From positions 58,902,001-58,966,000 of the forward strand of contig NC_058382.1 in the NCBI RefSeq assembly GCF_018350175.1: a stretch of 64,000 nucleotides of DNA. The letters run 5' to 3'. Source of the DNA: Felis catus. Taxonomy: Eukaryota. The position numbers and the translations under genes were made by a program. Under the pieces are notes generated by a model. The model made no database searches. It had not been told where the DNA came from and was given only the letters and a program-made list of their open reading frames with translations. Shown here one piece after another: positions 27,604 through 39,081 of this stretch (position 1 is its first letter; each line of letters opens with the position of its first letter).

Positions 27604-29042
27604 CCCAACGAGGGATTGAAACATTGCTAAAGTGTACTCCACTACAACTTACAACTGTTGCTCACCCAGAGACACCATTAAGAAAACAAAAAGGCAAATT
27701 CCAGATTGTGAGAAAATGAAGGACTCACACCTGGGACACAGAACTGTTACCACTCCATAATTAAAAGGGCAGACTAATCCAGTTTTAAGATGGGCAAGCG
27801 ATTTGAACAGGCATTTCATAAAGGATGGCACGCAAGTGGCCACTTACCACATGAAAAGATGCTCGATGTAACTGGTCACCGAGGAAGTACAAATGGATGC
27901 CATCCTGGGATAGGAACGCACACACCAGAAAAGCTACAATCTATACGACCAGGCACCAGCAGCGTCTTCTCGAATTAAAGCACACACTCCCCCTTCAGCC
28001 CCGCTCTTCCGCTCCCGGGCATGTACCCAAAGGAACAGAAAACAGATGTCGCTAAAAAGACTAGCACTGGAATGTTCGTAACCGCCCTCTTCGTAGTAGC
28101 CAAGTGTCCTCAACGGGTGAGCAGACACACACCATCATGCCAACAACAGAATGACAGGCAATTAAAAAAACAAAAAAGAAGACTATTGATGTGCACCGTT
28201 TGATGGATGACATTCGAGAGCATGTTGACCTCTGTTACACGGAGCCCAAGGACACACACACTAAACTAAACACTGCCTTTGCGGGGGCCGAGGGGGTCCG
28301 ACCACACAGAGGCACGGATGAGCTTTCTGGAACCACGGGGAACCACGTGGCTATATAATTCATCACACTCACTGACTTGTACATGTAAAATCTGTACATT
28401 CTGTTGTATGCAAAGTCTATCTCAACAGAAAAAAAATACGGGTAACGAAGAGACTCCTGGCCAAACCCTTCACTCCGTATTTTTCCAGCGGGTAGGGACC
28501 AGGGACGAGGTTGGGAGGCAGGGGAGTGTGGTTATAAAAGGGCAACACCCCAGACCCCTACGTTGCTGGGACTATTGGCGGATCGTCCTGGTGGCAATAT
28601 TCTACTGTTGTTTTCCAAGGCGCTGCCATCGGGGGAAGACTGGGTAACAGGTACACAGAATCTTTTTTTCTTACACCTGCCTGTGAATTTATAAAAAGTT
28701 TAAAATTAAAAAAAAAAAACAAAACAAAACCTCTTTGTCCCTCTTCATCCTTTTCTCTCCTACTAACTGGAATATCAGTGAGATGGCTGGAGTTGACACA
28801 GCCATTTGGGGCCATCACCTGGACCCCGGGGACAGAGGCTGCTCCCAGTAGAGCAACAGGACGGGAGGGGTCAGGTCCCTCCCTGAAGGCTTCACGACAC
28901 AGAGCATGCCAGAACCAGACCATCTCTCACTGCCTCACGAAAGAGACATTGTTAATTCACTTCAGCTCTTCCTGCTCAAAATGTGGTCCACAGACCTGCA
29001 GCCTTGACATCACCTGGGAGCTGGCTAGAAATGCAAAATCTC

Positions 29043-29224
29043 GGGGCGCCTGGGTGGCTCGGTCGGTTGAGCGTCCAACTCTTGGTTTCAGCTCAGGTCA
29101 TGATCCCAGGGTGGCGGGATCGAGCTCTGCATTGGGATCTGAGCGGAGCACGGGGGCTGCTTCATTTCTTAATCTCTCTCTCTCTCTCCCTGTGCCCCCT
29201 CCCCTGCTCGTACTCTTTTCTCTC
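29043..29224 (+). mobile_element. Can-SINE whose tail is replaced by microsatellites
   Basis: GGGGCGCCTGGGTGGCTCGGTCGGTTGAGCGTCC head. AATCTC is duplicated at 29037-29042 and 29400-29405. Confidence 0.9.
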
Positions 29225-29400
29225 GAATAGAATAGAATAGAATAGAATAGAATAGAATAGAATAGAATAGAATAGAATAGAATAGAATAGAATAGAGGGA
29301 AGGGGAGGGGAGGGGAGGGGAGGGGAGGGGAGGGGAGGGGAGGGGAGGGGAGGGGAGGGGAGGGGAGGGGAGGGGAGGGAAGGGAAGGGAAGGGAAGGGA
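29225..29400 (+). repeat. Compound pentanucleotide microsatellite: (GAATA)14 followed by (GGGGA)n/(GGGAA)n
   Basis: Read directly from the sequence. Confidence 0.97.
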
Positions 29401-31170
29401 ATCTCAGGCCCGACCCCAAACTTCCTTCTGCAGATCAGAATCTGCATTTCCAACAAGATCCCTGACTGATCCACGCAGATTAGAATCTGAGAAGCACAGA
29501 CAGATTTTAGCAACTGCCATCGCGCACCTGTTCATTTTCAGCAGATCCTATTATAGGCACCTTGCTGCTAATCTCCATAATAACCATCCTTAGAGATTCA
29601 GCAGCTCTCGTACTGCCCGAGAGCTACTTCTCTGAGAGGAGATTGCGAAGAACCGGCATCTTTTAGGCATGAACATACGGGGAGGCGCGGTTGGCGCATC
29701 CTGCCAGGATCCCCTTGGCCAGGTGAGTTTACCTGCAGCAGCAGCTTCCCCTCCCCAAGCACCTGTGTCTCACCCTCCCCACCTGGAGGGGGTGGGGAGC
29801 CAGTGAGGATGAAGCGGCCCTCCTCCCCCTCCCTAGGCTGACTCCCCAGGGGAGGGAGGGTCTCCCGTGGGATCGTGCCCATCAGGCATTCATGGGTCCT
29901 TCTTTTCTTTCGCCCCTTCCCCGTCTTGCCCTCTCCCCACTCCCTCATTCTTACTTGCTGGGGTCTCCCCCCAGGGAAACCCCCATCTGTTTCTTCGGGC
30001 CCCAAACTTAGATGCCGGCGGATAAAGCGTCACGAGCCCAGCTCACAACACGCACCCACAAGGACATGGGACCAAGCCCGCTGTGACCACGGGTGAGTGG
30101 CTTCAGATTCGGGGAGGACAGGCTGCCCTTCAGGGATTTTGCTGGGAAACCACACGAATCCCCGAGAGACCCTGGAGAGCTGGCACGCCGCAGAGGTCAT
30201 GGTCTCCTGGAGAGCGGCAGCCGATGCTGGGACCGCACGCCCGTCTTAATGGAACGGCCACTGCGCCCTTCCTGGCGGAGCACCGGGATGCTGGGATGAC
30301 CTCCTTGCAGAGGGACGAAGAGCTCAAGCCAGATGTGGGGAGTGCAAACCCTAAATCTGCACTGTTGAATTCCTAACAACCAATCGTGGTCAGAAAACAG
30401 CCCGTGTCATCTGTGCCAATCTCACAAAGATGCCAAACAGACGCCAAGAACGGAGAAGACGGGCAGAGCCTCAGAAATCAAACCGCTGAGTTTTTATTCC
30501 TCGTTAAAATGGCAACTAGCAGAAGAATATCAAGATGGGCCATGACCGATCTCCCCTTCCCACCTGTCCCTACCCCGAATCCTACTCCAAGGTGACGCGC
30601 ATCTATCCTGTGCCCTTGCGTGTCTGCACACGCTTTCCTCCCTGCTGACACAAATGCAGGGGGACAAGTGGGGTTTTCCTGGGGTTTGTGTCTACAGAGT
30701 CGAGGTGGGGGGTGGCACCAGAGTGTAGCTGTGCATCCTTGAGCAAGTTCCTTGGCCTCTCTGTTGCCTCTGTTTGCTCATCTGTGAAATGGGACCGATA
30801 GTACCCCACCTCACGGTGCTGTTGTGCGGGTTGTGCACATCACTTAGCACAGTCTGGGCAGGTGTTTGCTATTTAATTCCCATGGGGTGATTTTCCTTTC
30901 TCACCTAAGAACACATTATGGCCATTTCTCCCGGGTCAACGGATGTCACCTCGTCACACACATCCCTCTCCAAGCCGGCAACGTCTCTCCACGGGAGATG
31001 GGGATATTACCTTTATTGTACACGTTAAAAAATAAACTGGCTCAGAAAGGTTAATTCATTTGCCTGAGACCACAGAGCGAGAGGCCATTCAGGGACCAAA
31101 AAATGGAAAAATAGAGAAGACATTTGAAAACATCTTGAGAACATTCTGAAGTCTGTGTGACTACCTCTTC

Positions 31171-31383
31171 TTTTTTCAGTTTGTTTTTGAGAGAGAGAGT
31201 GAGAGAGCGAGAGAGCACAAGTATGGGAGGGGCAGAGAGACTGGGGGAGACAGAGAATCCCAAGCAGGCTCCGCACGGTCAGCGCAGGGCCTGACGTGGG
31301 GCTCGAACCCACCAACCACGAGATCACGACCTGAGCCGAAACCGAGAGATGGATGCTTATCGGACCGAGCCCCCCGGTGTCCC
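31171..31383 (-). mobile_element. Can-SINE
   Basis: Reverse-complement SINE (GAGAGAG...GGGGCTCGAACCCAC...GAGATCACGACCTGAGCCG). CCTCTTC on both flanks. Confidence 0.9.
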
Positions 31384-33429
31384 GAGCCTCTTCGTTGTTA
31401 CTCTGTGAAGGGACACACGTCCGGGTCTTGTCCCACCCCACCCCCCACCCCAAGTCCCCTCTCAGAGGCTCTCCCGGGGACGGCCATCCATCCCCGCTGG
31501 TTTTGGTGGGAAGAAGGGTCAAAGCCCTATCACTTCAGGATCTCTCTCTCTCACCCGGCACTCCTGTATCTCAGGTCATTTTTGATGTTACTCTGGGGGC
31601 TGGGGAGGATCAAAGAGCCGGGACACTCGTGTCACCAGCGATGACAGACTGGCTTTGGCGCGTGTGTGTCCTCCCGACAACGAGCACGCTGGCCCGCTGG
31701 CCCAGACGCACGCGGACTGGCGTTGTTCCGGGGGCTGCTCCTCCTCCCGGCCTCCCTCCTCAGCCCCCGCCAAGGGCCGCCGGCCCCGACAGATGGACAG
31801 CGGCCGCTGCCCCTTCGTCCTGCTCCGGGAACCACTCTGCCCAGGGCGAGCGGCACGGTCGCGCAGAGAGCCGCTTAGATTCTGGGGGCCCGCAGCCCCC
31901 CTGGCTTCCTGCACGGCGGGGCCGTGTCTGCGGTGACGCACGCGGGGGGCTCCCCAACGCAGGCACCCCGCCCGCGTGCCCCCGGGCAGCAGCCCGCCCT
32001 CGGAGGTGCCTTCTGTAGGCGAAGTCGTTTTTGAATTAGCTGTTTGCTCAGGTGGGTCCACGGCCCCGGGTCTGGAGGGCAGAGCATGAAGGGTCATTCC
32101 CCACCTCCCCTTCTCCAAGCCGCAGAGCTCCCCAAGCGCAGCCAGGGCTGTCTGTCTGTCTGTCTGTCTGTCTCTCTGATCCTTCTGAACTGCTGACACC
32201 ATAAATCTGCCCATCCACAGGTAGCCTTCCTTCCAGAAGGAAACAGCTTTCCCGAGAGAGGGTAGGAGAGCTTTCTGGATCAGCCTGTCTGCTGCCTTTG
32301 GGAGGGCTCCTCCCCACCTCCCCGCTGCAGTCAAGTAAAAGGGTTTGTCTCCAGCGAGGTGGTTCCAGATAGAGCCCTGCGGACCGTGGCCACTGCACCC
32401 AGAACCGCCTAATGAGCAGGCGGGGGGTCCCCACCCTCCCAGATCAGCCACCGTGAAAGGCCCCCTTTGTGACAGGGGAGCCACAATGCTCTCTTGTCAG
32501 AGGGCCTCCTGGAGCGTCCGTGAGGCGGGCGGCCGGCGGAGCAGAGCAGAAGGAAGAGCAATTTCGAGGTGGTTTCCGTGGCCCCGTGGCCCCAGTGGAG
32601 GCTCTCACGTTTCCAGGCCCGAGCTGGAGCGTGGGCTCCTTCCCCAAGCAGACCCAGCCTTGGCCGCAGGGAGGCCGGGAGCGCGAGGCCCAGGGACGTG
32701 CCAGCCGGAGGGGGGCGGGGGACGCTGGGAGGCGGGGGGCCCAGGAGGGCGTGATGGCCGGGGTGAAACTCAAATCTGCAGTTACAGGCGATTCCCTTCT
32801 TCCTGTTATTCTAAAACCAAGTGCTTCACACGTTGGGGAGGTATTATTAAATACGGGTCTGCTGGATGCTCTGTGGTCGGAGCTAATTTCTTCCAGTTTG
32901 CGGAGCGTCTAGTCACCCTCCAGAGCCCTCGGCAGGACCTGTCAGAACGGCCGGGACCGCGTGGACGTTTGGCCTGGGTCCCCTGCCGTGCGCCCGCGCC
33001 TCGGAAACCGGCGAGGCGCGCCCTGGAGAACCCCTCCCCAGACCTCAGGGCTCTCCCAGGGGGCACGTGGGTGTGAATTCCAAAGCGGTGGCACCATGGT
33101 CACCAACGCCTAATGCGGGAGTTACTTCTGTTCACCCCAGTGGGATGAAAGTCTGGGATTTTAGTTCGTCTCAGATTTGCCCCGAAGGCAGGTGTACAAC
33201 TGATTAGCAACAAGCCTTCTTTTGACAGACACAAATTCTCGGAACATTCCAGAGAAGACAGAGGGGGACTATGCCCCGTTGTGGGTATGGAGACGCGCTC
33301 TTCGAGAGTGGAAGGAAGTTCAAATTTGTCGAAAGAAAATTCGGGCCAGGGTTCAGACTCTCAGGTGTGTGTCCCGTCCCCGAAAGTGACATCCCAGGAT
33401 GGCGTGTGCTCTCCCAAGAGAAGGGATTC

Positions 33430-33610
33430 TAGAGCCGCAGGAAGTGGGTTCGAATCCCGGCTCCTCCTCGCACTAGCCACGTGGGCCTCAGTTTCCTCAT
33501 CTGTAAACGGGTGTAATGACTGTCTCTGGCTGTCTGACTAAAGGAGTTAATAATTACAACGTGGTTAAAGGTTCCTGGTGCATAATAAGTGCTCAGTAAA
33601 CGTTGCTATG
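33430..33610 (+). mobile_element. MIR. Further MIR pieces at about 3740-3800, 9070-9240, 12880-13200, 13810-13960, 15620-15790, 17270-17470, 24440-24630, 30720-30880 and 53240-53420
   Basis: GGGTTCGAATCCCGGCTC...GCCTCAGTTTCCTCATCTGTAAACGGG...AAGTGCTCAGTAAACGTT is the MIR core. Confidence 0.75.
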
Positions 33611-33989
33611 GTTACGCTTCCTTCCTGCACGTTTGTGATGGCTCTGCCGTCAGCCCCCAGGAAGGGCCCTTTCTCATGAGGTGGTGATCCACGTGTCTAT
33701 CTGCCCAGGGGCAGAAGGGCCAGCAAATGGGCACAGCTCTGATTTTTTTCTGTCCACCTGACAAACGCAGACAAGGTTGGCTGAAACCTTGTCGGCAAAT
33801 CTCTGAAGATCGTTCTCAGTGGCCGGACTGAGCACATGGACCCGACAGAAAACACTGGCAGACCGGCCCACGGCCCTGCCTGGTCCCCAGATCCCAGGCC
33901 TGCCAGGAAGGGTGACGCAGCCAGGCAGGTTTGGCGTGGACTCGGCCAGGCTGCAGGGCCGCTCGCTCACTCTAAGGCTCATCTAAGTG

Positions 33990-34380
33990 TTGCTTCGAAG
34001 GTATCTGGTGAACGTGGGCAGCGTCCAGGGCCAGGTGGCTTGAAATAAAGGAGATGAGCCACAATAATCTGGGTGGGCCTCGTCCGATCAGGTGAAGGCC
34101 TGACAAAGCAAAACAGGTTTCCCAGAAAAGAAGAAATTCTGCCTCAAGACCACAGCAACAGCTCCTGCCTGAGTTTCCTGCTGGCTGTACAGATTTCAGG
34201 CCCGCAGCCCCCACAAGGGTGTAAGCCAATTCCTTGACGTCTCTTCGTGTATCTTACATATGCACACACACACCACATATGTATGTATCTCCTACGCATC
34301 TCTCTCCCACATGCGTCACATTTGTATCAATGGGCGTACATATAACCTCCTACTGGCTCTGTTTTTCTGGAGACCCCTGG
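33990..34380 (+). mobile_element. MLT2 (ERVL) LTR
   Basis: GGGTGGGCCTCGTCCGATCAGGTGAAGGCCTGA...GAAGAAATTCTGCCTCAAGAC...GTAAGCCAATTCCTT...CTCCTACTGGCTCTGTTTTTCTGGAGACCC. Confidence 0.75.
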
Positions 34381-34554
34381 CTGGGTGGGGCAGGAGGGGG
34401 CCCTCTCATCACCGTCGCAACAGTAGGATCACCACCACGGCTGTTCTTGAATGCCGGACTCCGTGGATCCCCTCGTCAAAGCCAACCAATGGCTTCCTGT
34501 GTTTCTGAAAGTGTCCAGGTAAGATTCGGCTGCAGCAAGGATGCACACATCTAC

Positions 34555-34945
34555 AATTTCTGTTTCGAGAAACGTGACTGCTCGGGGACCTCACGTAAGG
34601 GGAACCGTACAGCGTCTGCCCTTTTGCGACAGGCTCCCGTCACCGAACGTGACGTCTCAGGTTCACCCAGGTTGTAGCGGGTGTCACAGTTTCCCCCTTT
34701 GAAGGCTGAATAACAGCCCGCTGTGTGTTTTCTCCACATTTTGTCGATCCGTTTATCCGTCACCTGGCTGGCTCCCACTTCTCGGATATTGTGAATAACA
34801 CTGTTATGAGCACGGATGTGCAAAGATCTCTCCGGAACCTGCTCTCGGTTCCTTCGGAGATACACCCAGAAGTGGGGCACACGGATTTTCTTTATTGGCA
34901 TTTCCTCAGGAATCCTCACGAGGCTGGACCCACCTTCACATCTTG
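34555..34945 (-). mobile_element. Old L1 3'-end fragment
   Basis: GGCTGAATAACAGCCC...CCACATTTTGTCGATCCGTTTATCCGTC...ATTGTGAATAACACTGTTATGAGCA...GATACACCCAGAAGTGGG is antisense L1 ORF2-end/3'UTR. Confidence 0.75.
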
Positions 34946-36779
34946 TAGGCCAATCCCGCCGTTTTCGACAGGACGGTTCCATGGCTTACGGTATCGTGTC
35001 TGTGTGTGTGCGGCCGCAGGGGCACAGGCTTGGCCACGCAGATGACACGTGGTGAATCGTGGCCCCTCCGAGGGACTCGGGACACAGCACCTACCTGTCT
35101 TTTGCTAAGTGGTTGCAGGGAGAGCTGCAGGGGGCACAAAGGAACACCCCACACCCCACGAAGGCCGACTTCCCTTCCCACGACCTCTGAGCCTCTCAGG
35201 GACGGGCTGGGGAAGTATTTGGCTTTGGGGTCTGGCGGGAGGCCCTAAACAAGGGGGACGCTGCCGAGGAACGGAGGTGGTCCTGACCGCCTGCAGACAT
35301 AACTTCACCGAGCCCGCTGGGCCACACGACGACCCAGAGCAGAGCCCTGGGCCGGCCGCTCTGGAGGGGTGTGGGCGCGGGGACGGCTCCTGTGGCCTCT
35401 CGACAAACAGTACCGAGGCGGGGAGCGGCCGGCCCGGAAGCGCAGGCCGGTGAGGCCCCACGCCCCCAGGGCTGAGAGCGGGACAGCATCTCCGGGGACA
35501 GAGCCGGACCCCGTCGTGCTGGGGGTGTGAGACGGTGTGCCCAGGGACCCAGGAAAACGGAGACGCACGGGGCTTTTCTAGGCAACGACTCATCAGCTTT
35601 CCTCCAGCTGAAGAGTCGGGGAAAGCGGACCGTCCTCTCAGGACGCCAGTCCCCTCTTTGCAGAGACGGTTGCCCTCAACGGTATTCACCATTCGCCTCC
35701 CCCTCCCTCGTGTTCCACCCGGCCACCTCCGATCCGGAATGCACTTCCGGACTCCCCTGCAGCCAGCGGTGACCACGTGACCGAGTGCGGGCCAACGGGA
35801 TGTCAGCGGAAGTGACGCGTCTCATACCCTCGAGGGGAGGGGGGCGGGGGAGAAGCCAGAACACTGAAGGAGCGGTACAGACGGGCCCTGCGAAATCAGA
35901 ACGCACGCTGACCACAGGGAGCCCCGCCGGGCGCCCAGGAGATCGTCTCCTCTCTGCCGAGGAGCGTGTGGTCCCGTGGAAAAGCACGGGGCGCGTGGCC
36001 CGAGGTTCCCGTTGCCCTGTCTGCACACACCGCCCCGCCCCGTGGAGGGCCGACCCCCTCTGGCCCACACCCGGGGCGGCCTCCCTTCGCTCCCCGGCTC
36101 TCCCTTCTCAGCGCCCGGGGCTCGGGTGTGGGCAGGGAGTCCCTCCGCCAGGGGCTGCTCGGCCTGCCTGGGGGGCTTGCCTGGTGACGTGGGGAGGTGG
36201 GGTGGCTACAACGTAGGGAACCCTCCCGTGTCCTCAAAGCCTCCGGACTGCAGGGAGGCCACAGACGCCGAGAGCCTGACTTGGAAGTCAGGGCTTTCTC
36301 TCTGCGTTCCGACCGCGGCATCCTAATCCCCCGTGGCGGACTGCTGCTTCTCGAGGAAACGCAGAAGGTCAGAACGGACACGCGTGAAGCTGCTGCAGCA
36401 AAGACCTCAGCACAACGGCTGGGACAGACAGCCCCAGGGCCTCGCGCTCACAGGCCCTGAGAAGTCCACGCGAGAGGGTCCCGGGAGGGCACGGAAGCGG
36501 CTGGTCCTTGACCCCTCCGCTCCGCTCCCCTTCAGATACCGGTCTTCAGGTCACAAGACGGCTGAGGATGCGGGGAACGGCAGTGACAGCTTGCCCTGCG
36601 CCACACACGTCCCTCATCCCGGCCCCTTCAATCCCCGTGCCTCCTCAGAGCCGGCCCCGTTTTACAGAGGAGAAAGCTGTCACAACGAATTAATTCTGTC
36701 CTTTCACACGGCAAGACCTACAGGCAGGGTGACCCCACGGTTTGTGACAACACCATAAGGGACTCGCTCCTTTTGTTGT

Positions 36780-36914
36780 TCTGCTCAGCCAGGAGCTCGG
36801 TCCTCAAGCTCACAAGATGGTTGCAGCAGACTGGCCATCACATCAGATACGAGCACACCGGTCAGGATGAGTGCGTGCGTGTGCATGCACACACACACGT
36901 GCGCGCGCGTGCAC

Positions 36915-36965
<51 letters not shown>

Positions 36966-37065
36966 TCCCAGAAGCCCTTCAGAAGGCTTCCGTCTAGGGT
37001 CTACTGGCCAAAATCAGGGCACATGTCCATGCTCTGGCTGCAAGGGGATCTGGGAACTGAAATAC
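36780..37065. mobile_element. MLT1-like LTR fragment containing a (CA)n microsatellite (about 36885-36961)
   Basis: CACAAGATGGTTGCAGCAG...TTCCCAGAAGCCC...TGGCCAAAATCAGGGCACATG...GCTGCAAGGGGATCTGGGAA. Confidence 0.55.
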
Positions 37066-37532
37066 CTTCTGACGTAGAAAGCTCCTAGCACGATGCCCGT
37101 TGCCCAGTGACAGGTCAGGAGAAAGTGACGTGATTTCAGAGTGTGTGCTTGGGGGCCGACAGACCCCGCCGTCCACACTGGCCGCCAGAGCTGTCATGAG
37201 GATGAAGGTTTGAGGCGCACGGAAACCACGCTGCGGGGCGTGTCTTTCCAAGGACCTCAGCTCCAGGAGCACCTGCTGGCCGCGGGCAGAGGAAAGGCGG
37301 CAGCTGCGTTCGGACCCACCTGATGACATGGCCTGATTTTTAAAACCCGTTTGCCAAAGCCCCACCAAAACACAGCTCTGACGGGATACGGTCTACCCCT
37401 AGCCTTCCGTATACACATGTATCACTTTTAGAAGCCGATGCCTTCACGTCAAAAGAAGTCTGATACCTTACCCGGCTGGGATGATCGCAAGGCACGTTTA
37501 CCACGACATGGAACTGATTTTTACAACGTGTG

Positions 37533-37567
<35 letters not shown>

Positions 37568-38660
37568 GTGTGTCTTAACGCAGGGTCCGTGAGATGCAGA
37601 GGGAGGAAAGAGCCAGTAAACCACAGGTGTGTGTGCGGGTGACTCCTCCGGGAGAAGAGCCTTTCCGCTCCTCCTTCGGTCTCCACCGAGAAGGTACACG
37701 CTCTTTCTCTTCTGACGCTAAGGCACTGTCGTGGTCTCAGCGTTCCAGACACAAACCTTCTGGAATCTCTGCCCTCGGTGTCCCCCTCACCCCCCACGGG
37801 CCGAGGGAGCTGGTGAGGGGCCACGGGCCCCCGCACCCGTGGTTGTCCTGCCCCGTGTACCCAACCTCCCGCAAGAGCAGTGTCTTGAGGCGACAGGTGT
37901 TTGTTTGCTTCACAAACCTACGGTTTCGGCAGGGCTCGGCGGGGAGGGTCACCGGGCGCAGGTGGGCCCGCCCCGAGGTGGCACACACGTCTCGTCCCTT
38001 CTGCCGTCCCCTTGTGGCAGGACGGCAAGGCCAGGACAAGCACAGGGTGGGGGAGACCGGCATGCCCGCTCTGCCCCCGCGTCAGGGAGCCCTGGGCTCG
38101 GAGCCCAGCTCCGTCGTGTCTCAGCTGCGCGGCCTCAGGCAGCCTCCTGAACGGCTCTGAGCATCCGTTTCCCCAAACACAAAGTGGGGCCACTGTGCCG
38201 ACCTCTGGGGGAAGCCGGGGGACGAGAGTGCCGGGCCCGCTGTGGGTTTCGTAATGTCAGCATCCTCGTCATCCCCACCGAGATTTTCACGGCGTCAGAG
38301 CCAGACTGCTCTGCAAGTGGGCAAGCTCCGATACAATCATGAACCTTTGTTGCGATTCCATTTCATGAGCCAGACGGGGCTCAACAGGGAGCAAACAGAG
38401 CTCTTCCCTTTCTCCTCTTAACCCCGCTAAGCCCCGTCAGACCCCGAGTCCTCTGCTCCTGGACGCGCTCTCTGTGTGTCTGCTGGTTCCCGGCCACTCT
38501 GGCCCCGTACGAAGAGCCCCTGAGCCTTGGCTCAGTACGTCCTGCTTGTGGGGTGTCCCGCTTGGGTGGCCTCGCCTTGTGGGGCGACCTGACACTTCTG
38601 GCCTGGTTTCTGGAGCCCCTGTCCAAACCTCAATACAAGAAGACACGACGGCAGCATCCC

Positions 38661-38716
38661 GGGAGCACCACCCTGGGAGCACCACCCTGGGAGCACCACC
38701 CTGGGAGCACCACCCT
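38661..38716 (+). repeat. 14-bp minisatellite (GGGAGCACCACCCT)x4
   Basis: Four perfect tandem copies. Confidence 0.95.
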
Positions 38717-38868
38717 GGCCCCCTGACAGCAGCAACAAGCCTTCAGTGCGTTCTTACACCTTCCCACCCTCCAGGCCGGACTGGGGGCTCAGAGTCGGGG
38801 CACCCGGCTTTCAACCCACCTCTTATTGTGGGACCTGCCTCTCCACGCCAAAGTTCCTTGTTAAAAAA

Positions 38869-39081
38869 TTTTGTTTTAATGTTTACTCTTGAGAGAGAGA
38901 GAGAGAGCACGCGCACATGAGCAGGAGAGGGGCAGAGAGAGAGGGAGACACAGAATCCGAAGCAGGCTCCAGGTTCCGAGGCATCAGCTCAGAGCCCGAC
39001 GCGGGGCTCGAACCCACGAACCGCGAGATCACGACCCGAGCTGAAGTCGGACGCTTCACCGACTGAGCCCCCCAGGTGCCC
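38869..39081 (-). mobile_element. Can-SINE (SINEC_Fc-like)
   Basis: GAGACACAGAATCCGAAGCAGGCTCCAGG...GGGGCTCGAACCCACGAACCGCGAGATCACG...CCAGGTGCCC. Confidence 0.93.

Larger units (their letters stand above)
26172..28440 (+). mobile_element. Degraded older L1 (L1M-type) fragments interrupted by younger SINEs
   Basis: A-rich ORF2-like segments (26172-26700, 26945-27150) and 3'-end-like segments (27620-28440, e.g. ATGGGCAAGCGATTTGAACAGGCATTTCAT). Confidence 0.7.
28970..29500 (+). mobile_element. MER5-like hAT-Charlie DNA transposon split by a SINE
   Basis: CTCAAAATGTGGTCC...CATCACCTGGGAGCTGGCTAGAAATGCAAAATCTC, then the SINE, then AGGCCC...AGAATCTGCATTTCCAACAAGATCCC...GAGAAGCAC. Matches the recalled MER5 consensus. 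Confidence 0.75.

Noticed and set aside
31353..33076. Overlapping 220-300 aa ORFs; similar cases at 45339-46455 and 55385-56331
   Set aside because: Long ORFs occur in several frames and on both strands at once, with low-complexity P/G/R/A content, as expected in GC-rich non-coding DNA.
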